Of a stretch of 64,000 nt of DNA, positions 58,556 through 64,000 are shown piece after piece. Every line of letters starts with the position of its first letter. Positions within the stretch are counted from its first letter, which is position 1. The translations under genes were made by a program, and so were the position numbers. Source of the DNA: an uncultured Rikenellaceae bacterium (lineage in GTDB: Bacteria; Bacteroidota; Bacteroidia; Bacteroidales; VadinHA17); NCBI GenBank assembly GCA_964596715.1, contig CAZQVL010000014.1:3571-67570 (forward strand), in the 5' to 3' direction. Under the pieces are notes generated by a model. It did no database searches and had not been told where the DNA came from. It saw nothing but the letters and a program-made list of their open reading frames with translations.

Positions 58556-59473
58556 ATGAAAGTGCAACGTTTGTTTTTACTGGTAATATTATTAACTATT
58601 CCTTCAGGCATATCTGCACAGGATATGTTCCCTGTAAGGCGGCTTACCTCAGCCCCCGGGCAGAATGGATTTGCCTCATGGGCACCTGATTCAAAATCAC
58701 TGGTTCATCAGATCTCAACATGGAATGACACTCTGGGTAGAAATGGTCTGTGGGTTGTCTCCCTGGATGGAAGAGGAGCAAAACAGATATTCAAAGGTAT
58801 AGCCGAGCATCCCAAATGGTCACCTGATGGCCAAAATATTGTTTTTGATGCAGATACTGGCAGAAGCATTAAGATGATCGCTTCCATTGGAGGGGATGCT
58901 AAACTCTTTCTTCCTGATTCAATTCAGATTGTAAATGGCGGCTTACCCTGTTGGTCACCCAATGGTTCACAGATTGCATTCCTCGAACGTTCAGGATTGT
59001 CAATCTGTGTCTACAATATGAAAACCGGCAGATTGAGAAGCATTTTTCGAAATGAAGGTATGATCCCTTTGCCGGGATGCTGGACAAACGATGGAAAGTA
59101 CATCCTGGTAGCCCTTATGGAGATGCCAACAAGGAAATCAACTATATGGAAAATTTCGGCCAATGGCAAAACAAAGACGCAGATTATGGTAGATCGCCAT
59201 AATTTTTATCGCCATATTGCGCTCTCTCCGGATGGTTCATTACTCATCTATGCAGTACTGAAAGACATATATCTGGGTCTTTGGATAATGCCTTCAAATG
59301 GAGGCATATCATTACCCTTTGCCGTTACGGAAAACAGTCATAACGAAGGTGCAGCATGGTCGCCAGACGGTAAAACCGTCGCCTTTACCAGCACAAGATC
59401 AGGAAATTTTGATATCTGGTTAATGGATGTTAATATTGAAAAGATAAAGCAGGAACTGCAAATAAACAAGTGA
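58556..59473 (+). CDS. secreted PD40/TolB-like beta-propeller protein
   Basis: Signal peptide MKVQRLFLLVILLTIPSGISAQ from ATG 58556 (the longest ORF starts at 58520). Repeated WSPDG/WAPDS PD40 motifs. Confidence 0.7.
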   Translation: MKVQRLFLLVILLTIPSGISAQDMFPVRRLTSAPGQNGFASWAPDSKSLVHQISTWNDTLGRNGLWVVSLDGRGAKQIFKGIAEHPKWSPDGQNIVFDADTGRSIKMIASIGGDAKLFLPDSIQIVNGGLPCWSPNGSQIAFLERSGLSICVYNMKTGRLRSIFRNEGMIPLPGCWTNDGKYILVALMEMPTRKSTIWKISANGKTKTQIMVDRHNFYRHIALSPDGSLLIYAVLKDIYLGLWIMPSNGGISLPFAVTENSHNEGAAWSPDGKTVAFTSTRSGNFDIWLMDVNIEKIKQELQINK

Positions 59474-59475
59474 AG

Positions 59476-60102
59476 ATGTTTAAGACAAAAACATTTACGG
59501 TTTTTCTTTCACTTTTCATCTTAACATGCTGTTTCTCTCAGGAAAAGAAAGTTCCTGTTGAATCCTCAGAGTACCGTTTAAACAGCCAGCATCAGCCTGA
59601 GAAACTTATGGATGCTATAGGTTTAAAGGAAGGCAAGGTGATTGCCGATATTGGTGCAGGGCGAGGCAGGATGACCATCTTTTTTTCAATCAGGGTTGGT
59701 GAAAAAGGGAAAGTATATGCAAATGATATAGATACAAGGGCTCTGAACTACCTGGAAAACAGATGCAAGAGAAATAGCCTGTTGAATGTAAAAACATTCA
59801 TTGGCAGGATTGACAATCCCATGTTACCTGCAGGTGAGGTAGATATTGCAATAATAATAAGCGCATATCATCATTTTGACAAGCCGGTCGAAATGCTGCG
59901 AAATACCATCCCCTGCCTTAAAAAAGACGGAATGCTCATTGTTGTTGAGCGTGATCCCCTTAAAACCGGCATAAGAGGAAGGGAGGCCACTTCAAGAGAA
60001 AAAATGATCCGGGAGGCCACAGAAGCCGGTTATGCACTGATTAAAGTAAATACTGATCTTCTTGAAAGAGACAATATTTACTTTTTCAGGGTGAAAAAGT
60101 AA
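59476..60102 (+). CDS. class I SAM-dependent methyltransferase with an N-terminal signal-peptide or anchor-like segment
   Basis: DIGAGRGRMT motif I. N-terminus FTVFLSLFILTCCFSQ. GTG 59470 (4-nt overlap with the upstream stop) is an alternative start. Confidence 0.75.
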   Translation: MFKTKTFTVFLSLFILTCCFSQEKKVPVESSEYRLNSQHQPEKLMDAIGLKEGKVIADIGAGRGRMTIFFSIRVGEKGKVYANDIDTRALNYLENRCKRNSLLNVKTFIGRIDNPMLPAGEVDIAIIISAYHHFDKPVEMLRNTIPCLKKDGMLIVVERDPLKTGIRGREATSREKMIREATEAGYALIKVNTDLLERDNIYFFRVKK

Positions 60103-60178
60103 TGTCATGAAGTATTTTGCTCAGTTGGCCAGGCAATTCATTATATGGTATGTTGAAAGTATAAGCAAAATGGTTGCT

Positions 60179-61240
60179 ATGAACAAACTGATCACCATTC
60201 AAATATTTCTTTCTATATGGATTCTTAATTCATGTAACAAATCAGATGAAGACCTGTACGATTTTCAGTGGCCGATTTCGATACCTTCTGCTGTTGGTCT
60301 GGATCAGAAAATCCTCGATTCTGCTTACATGAAAGCAGAACAATTAGGCTTTGTTGATGCCCTTCTGGTTATTAAGGACGGATACCTTATTGCAGAAGAA
60401 TACTATAACGGTTATAATGTGAATACGGCACATCAGATCTGGTCCGATACAAAAAATTTTATGTCGTCCCTTGTGGGTATTGCACTGGATAATGGCCTGA
60501 TAGAAAGCATTGACAAGAAAATCATGGATTATTTTCCCGAATATGTCTATGCTGGCATGGATGCCAGGTTCTTCGATATTACAATTAAACACCTGCTTAC
60601 AATGCGAATGGGTATAGACAATGAGGAGAATAATCTAATTCCTGTTGTACAGACAAATGACTGGATCAGAGAGACTTTTAAGCTTCCATTATTGTTTAAT
60701 CCCGGACAACAGTTTTCCTGCAATTCCCTTGAGACACACCTCCTTTCAGCAATAATCACCAGGGTAAGCAGTAAGAGTGCCCTGGAGTATGCAGATGCTA
60801 ATCTTACCGTACCAATGGGAATAGAAATTATCGAATGGCACACAGATCCAAAGGGTTATAACACTGGAGGTTACGACATTTATATGAAACCCCGCGATAT
60901 GGCTGTTCTGGGATATATGTATTTAAATAACGGAAGAATAAATGACACACAGATAGTTACGGAAGAGTGGATAGAAGCTTCGTTGACCAGAACATGGACT
61001 AATAATGGAACTGCCTGGGGACCTTTAACCGACTACAACTACGGTTATCTGTGGTGGCTCGGAAAGATGAACGGATATGATTTATTTATGGCTTTGGGAA
61101 TGGGAGGACAATACATAATTAATTTTCCTGATCTGGATCTTATAGTTGTAACTACCGCGAACAAAGATATAAGCTGGGATAACGACCAGGAGCTTCCCAT
61201 TTTGGAAATTGTTTCAAAATATATCCTTGAAGCGATCTAA
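60179..61240 (+). CDS. beta-lactamase-family serine hydrolase, lipoprotein
   Basis: SDTK (SxxK) motif. MNKLITIQIFLSIWILNSC lipoprotein signal from ATG 60179; the longest ORF starts at 60107. Confidence 0.75.
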   Translation: MNKLITIQIFLSIWILNSCNKSDEDLYDFQWPISIPSAVGLDQKILDSAYMKAEQLGFVDALLVIKDGYLIAEEYYNGYNVNTAHQIWSDTKNFMSSLVGIALDNGLIESIDKKIMDYFPEYVYAGMDARFFDITIKHLLTMRMGIDNEENNLIPVVQTNDWIRETFKLPLLFNPGQQFSCNSLETHLLSAIITRVSSKSALEYADANLTVPMGIEIIEWHTDPKGYNTGGYDIYMKPRDMAVLGYMYLNNGRINDTQIVTEEWIEASLTRTWTNNGTAWGPLTDYNYGYLWWLGKMNGYDLFMALGMGGQYIINFPDLDLIVVTTANKDISWDNDQELPILEIVSKYILEAI

Positions 61241-62649
61241 GTAAACCAATCCTCTGAGAAATTAACCAGGTAAACCTTGTCGGTCGATCTTGTAAGGGCT
61301 GTATATAACCATCTCAGGTAATCGATAGTGATCTCCTGCCTGTTAAACATCCCCTGGTCGATAAAGACCCTCTCCCACTGTCCCCCCTGTGCTTTATGAC
61401 ATGTTACGGCGTATGAGAATTTTATCTGCAGTGCGTTGAACCAGGGATCTTTGCGGATGGCCTCATACTGTTTTCTCCTGGTTTTGATATAAAGGTAATC
61501 AGCGAGTATATTATTGAAGAGTTCTTTGTTCTTCTCCGCCGGTAATGCAGGTGTGTCGAGATGAAGAACATCAAGTATCACTTTTGATTCCAGTTCAAGG
61601 TCGTAATCGGTAAATCTCAGAAGCATATCAGCAAATCTGAAGCCGTATCTCTCTTCGTATTTCCTGATACGCTTTATCTCAGCAATATCGCCGTTGGCAA
61701 TAAAACCCGGACCTCCCTCCTCTTCAGTGAAAAAATAGTTATTCTTCACAACCATCACCATATCGCCCGGACTTATCTCCTCTTCCCTGAAGAATATCCT
61801 GTTTCGTATTCCCTGGTTATACCTGTTGGCCTGCTTATTCGAGTTGACAACAATGATGGTCCCTTCAAGTCCGCATGTACCGTAAGAAGCAGATAACTCC
61901 TCTACAAGGTCTTCACCACTTATACTCACGATATCATTGAATCCGGCACAGACAATTGTTGGATGCACAAGGTCCTCGTCAGCTATTTGCAGTCTGACCT
62001 TTGTTGCATTCATCAATACTCCGGAAGTCTCACTCTGACGGACCACCTGTTTCAGATCACATGCTATAAGTCCGAAACCTGATTCTCCAAGGGTTTTAGT
62101 ATCGAGGGCAGGACTGACAGGGAATCCTACGGGTGGCAACTGTGCTGTATCACCAACTATCATTAGTTTGCAGTCAATACCTGTATATACATACTCCATA
62201 AGATCATCGAGAAGCTTTCCGCTGCCAAAGAGTGAAGCTTCGTTTGAAAAATTTGATATCATCGAAGCCTCATCCACGATAAAGAATGTGTTTCTGTGAA
62301 GATTCCTGTCGAGTACAAAATTTCCCATACCATCTTTTGACGATTTCTGACGGTATATCTTTTTATGTATCGTAAAAGCCTGTTTCCCGGCAAAAGAGTT
62401 CAGTACCTTTGCGGCTCGTCCTGTAGGTGCCAGCAGTACAGATCTTATCCTCAACTGATCAAGAGTCCTCACAATGGAACTTATAATACTTGTCTTACCC
62501 GTTCCTGCATAGCCGGTCATAAGGAAGATAGTATCGTAATCATTTTCACAGATATAGGCAGTTATCTTCTTTAATGCAGCAGACTGGTCATCCGTTGGAA
62601 TATTTCCAAGGTTCCTGCATAAATTATTATATATTATTGTATCGCGCAT
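61237..62649 (-). CDS. RecD-like SF1 DNA helicase (AAA_30 / UvrD_C_2 type)
   Basis: 470 aa. Walker A GYAGTGKTS, Walker B FFIVDEASM and C-terminal YAVTCHKAQGGQW motif. Confidence 0.85.
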   Translation of the reverse strand: MRDTIIYNNLCRNLGNIPTDDQSAALKKITAYICENDYDTIFLMTGYAGTGKTSIISSIVRTLDQLRIRSVLLAPTGRAAKVLNSFAGKQAFTIHKKIYRQKSSKDGMGNFVLDRNLHRNTFFIVDEASMISNFSNEASLFGSGKLLDDLMEYVYTGIDCKLMIVGDTAQLPPVGFPVSPALDTKTLGESGFGLIACDLKQVVRQSETSGVLMNATKVRLQIADEDLVHPTIVCAGFNDIVSISGEDLVEELSASYGTCGLEGTIIVVNSNKQANRYNQGIRNRIFFREEEISPGDMVMVVKNNYFFTEEEGGPGFIANGDIAEIKRIRKYEERYGFRFADMLLRFTDYDLELESKVILDVLHLDTPALPAEKNKELFNNILADYLYIKTRRKQYEAIRKDPWFNALQIKFSYAVTCHKAQGGQWERVFIDQGMFNRQEITIDYLRWLYTALTRSTDKVYLVNFSEDWFT

Positions 62650-62692
62650 TTCGAAATGTCGGTAACATTAATTGCTTCATTGATAAATTTTA

Positions 62693-62700
62693 TACATTTG
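62693..62700 (+). promoter_or_regulatory. candidate -7 promoter box TAcaTTTG
   Basis: Exact TAnnTTTG 32 nt upstream of the ATG at 62732. Confidence 0.45.
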
Positions 62701-62731
62701 TTTGTAAACTTAATCAATCTTCTTAACACAG

Positions 62732-63574
62732 ATGCCTTCTCTGGAACTCTTTGATGAGACACTCGATATAAACTCAACTGAAAACTATGTATTATCAGTT
62801 CAGGCAGGTATTAACGGATTCTCCTTCTGTATCCTTGATACTCTAAGGAACAAGTTTGTTCTGATTCGTCATTTTGAGCCGGATGAGAATAAGTATTTCA
62901 ACATTGAAAAACTTAATGAAATAATCACTAACGATGATTTTCTTACCAAGAAATATAAACAAATACATATTATAACTCCCTCTCCAAAATTCACTCTTGT
63001 TCCCGCTCCTCTTTATGATCCCGGCAAGAAAGATGAATATTTCACTTTTAATCACTTAACGGATAATAACAGTATTATCCTCAGTAATAATATTCCTGAA
63101 TCCGACACGTTTGTTATTTTTTCCCTTACAAAATCTGTAAACGATCTGTTAACATCAAGCTTTCCGGGAGTGCAGTATTTTCATCACATCAAACCACTAC
63201 TACGGCATATCACCTGTCCGGGGAAAAATCTGAGCGGAAAATATATTCATGTTCATATTGAAAGAGAATTCTTTAACTTAATTGTATTTGACCAGAATGA
63301 TTTGATACTATGCAATTCATTTAATCACAGGAATATTTCAGACATACTTTATTATGTACTTAATGTTTTTAAGCGGCTGGATATCAAGCAGGAAGAAACG
63401 ATTTACTTCAGTGGGCAAACTGAAAAATATGATGATCTTACCTCGAATTTTTCAATTTATATACGGGACATAAAGTTTGCTGAGCCGACTGGCAACTTCA
63501 GCTTCAGTTATGTCTTCAACGAGCTTGAACTTCATCGTTTCCTGAATCTTTTCACAGTTATTAATTGCGAATAA
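62732..63574 (+). CDS. DUF3822 family protein
   Basis: 280 aa. The sequence style, and the position between a RecD-like helicase and rsmD, match what I recall for Bacteroidetes DUF3822. Confidence 0.65.
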   Translation: MPSLELFDETLDINSTENYVLSVQAGINGFSFCILDTLRNKFVLIRHFEPDENKYFNIEKLNEIITNDDFLTKKYKQIHIITPSPKFTLVPAPLYDPGKKDEYFTFNHLTDNNSIILSNNIPESDTFVIFSLTKSVNDLLTSSFPGVQYFHHIKPLLRHITCPGKNLSGKYIHVHIEREFFNLIVFDQNDLILCNSFNHRNISDILYYVLNVFKRLDIKQEETIYFSGQTEKYDDLTSNFSIYIRDIKFAEPTGNFSFSYVFNELELHRFLNLFTVINCE

Positions 63575-64000
63575 TCGGTGGTAAATATAAAGGAAGGAGG
63601 ATTATTCCTCCTGCCGGTCTTAAAGCAAGACCAACAACCGATTTTGCCCGGGAGGGTTTGTTTAATATTCTTAATAACCGCATTGATTTTGGTTCAGTTA
63701 CGGTACTTGATCTTTTTGCGGGAACAGGGAGTATCAGTTTTGAGTTTGCATCACGGGGAGCAGTGGCGGTTCATCTAGTTGAGAAAGACCTGAAATATAT
63801 TGCAGGTATCAAACGTATAATTAAAACTGCAGGCTTCACTAACATAAAACCCCTGCATATTGATGTCAGAGCATTCCTGAAAACATGTTCCTTCAGATAT
63901 GATATAGTGTTTGCTGATCCCCCGTATGATTTGCCCTGGTTAAAGGAGATACCCGATCTGGTTTTACAATCAGAAGTTATTAATGATGAAGGTTTTTTCA
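63565..64000 (+). CDS. rsmD: 16S rRNA (guanine966-N2)-methyltransferase, N-terminal part (3' end outside the window)
   Basis: Absent from the ORF track because it has no stop in the window. TTG at 63565 (preceded by an in-frame TAA) gives (M)RIIGGKYKGRRIIPPAGLKARPTTDFAREGLFNIL...LDLFAGTGSISFEFASRGA...VFADPPYD. Overlaps the DUF3822 stop by 10 nt. Confidence 0.85.
   Translation, partial: MRIIGGKYKGRRIIPPAGLKARPTTDFAREGLFNILNNRIDFGSVTVLDLFAGTGSISFEFASRGAVAVHLVEKDLKYIAGIKRIIKTAGFTNIKPLHIDVRAFLKTCSFRYDIVFADPPYDLPWLKEIPDLVLQSEVINDEGFF

Noticed and set aside
1-64000. Mobile elements, a genomic island, defence systems (restriction-modification, CBASS, retron, Abi, toxin-antitoxin), and tRNA or rRNA genes.
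   Set aside because: I recognised no integrase, transposase, reverse transcriptase, restriction or cyclase genes among the translated ORFs. No tRNA-like T-arm motifs appear in the intergenic regions. Apart from the short repeat elements there is no obvious compositional break. The window reads as core chromosome.

Overview
This window looks like a chromosomal segment from a Bacteroidota genome. Supporting signs: AT-rich DNA; exact TAnnTTTG -7 promoter boxes in front of many genes; a FeoA-FeoB fusion; a GH92 mannosidase; folP-cdaA and DoxX(BT_3928-like)-tpiA neighbourhoods; an OmpA/PD40 protein; DUF1015 and DUF3822.

I can support 54 protein-coding genes, two of them cut by the window edges:
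- pncB at the 5' edge.
- An rsmD at the 3' edge, with a TTG start. The ORF track misses it because it has no stop codon inside the window.

Nearly everything is housekeeping: uvrA, clpB, guaA, rpsA, rnz, tpiA, folP, cdaA, gcvT, serA, serC, ugd, rfbACD, a phospho-sugar mutase, rsmE and rsmD. By eye I found no rRNA, tRNA, CRISPR array, transposase, integrase, phage gene or recognisable defence or toxin gene. This does not look like an accessory island, and I cannot name one clear novel system.

Observations worth a second look, all of low to moderate interest:
1. A tightly coupled SPFH / Arc-type RHH / four-Cys zinc-ribbon operon at 19967-21252, with its own promoter and an insulating terminator.
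2. Several partner-switching or phosphorelay fragments within about 14 kb, with no PP2C phosphatase, GGDEF protein or sigma/anti-sigma partner in view: Hpt-STAS, an orphan SiaB/SiaC-like kinase-substrate pair, and a second STAS gene wedged between rpsA and rnz.
3. Visibly GC-rich intergenic elements built from periodic short repeats:
   - CAGGCNN/CCTGNNN heptad hairpins on both sides of ugd, sharing a 23/25-nt inverted repeat.
   - A CACNGAG-box hairpin after the mutase gene.
   - A pyrimidine-rich element after cdaA, with GCGAAGC mini-hairpins and six CTTTCAC heptads.
4. A gcvT-comB-like-serC-serA-DUF1015 cluster with two members of unknown function.
5. A predicted exported three-gene operon that includes a SAM methyltransferase with a signal-peptide-like N-terminus.

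All functional calls come from motif and family recognition on the translated ORFs. No database search, HMM search or folding calculation was possible.
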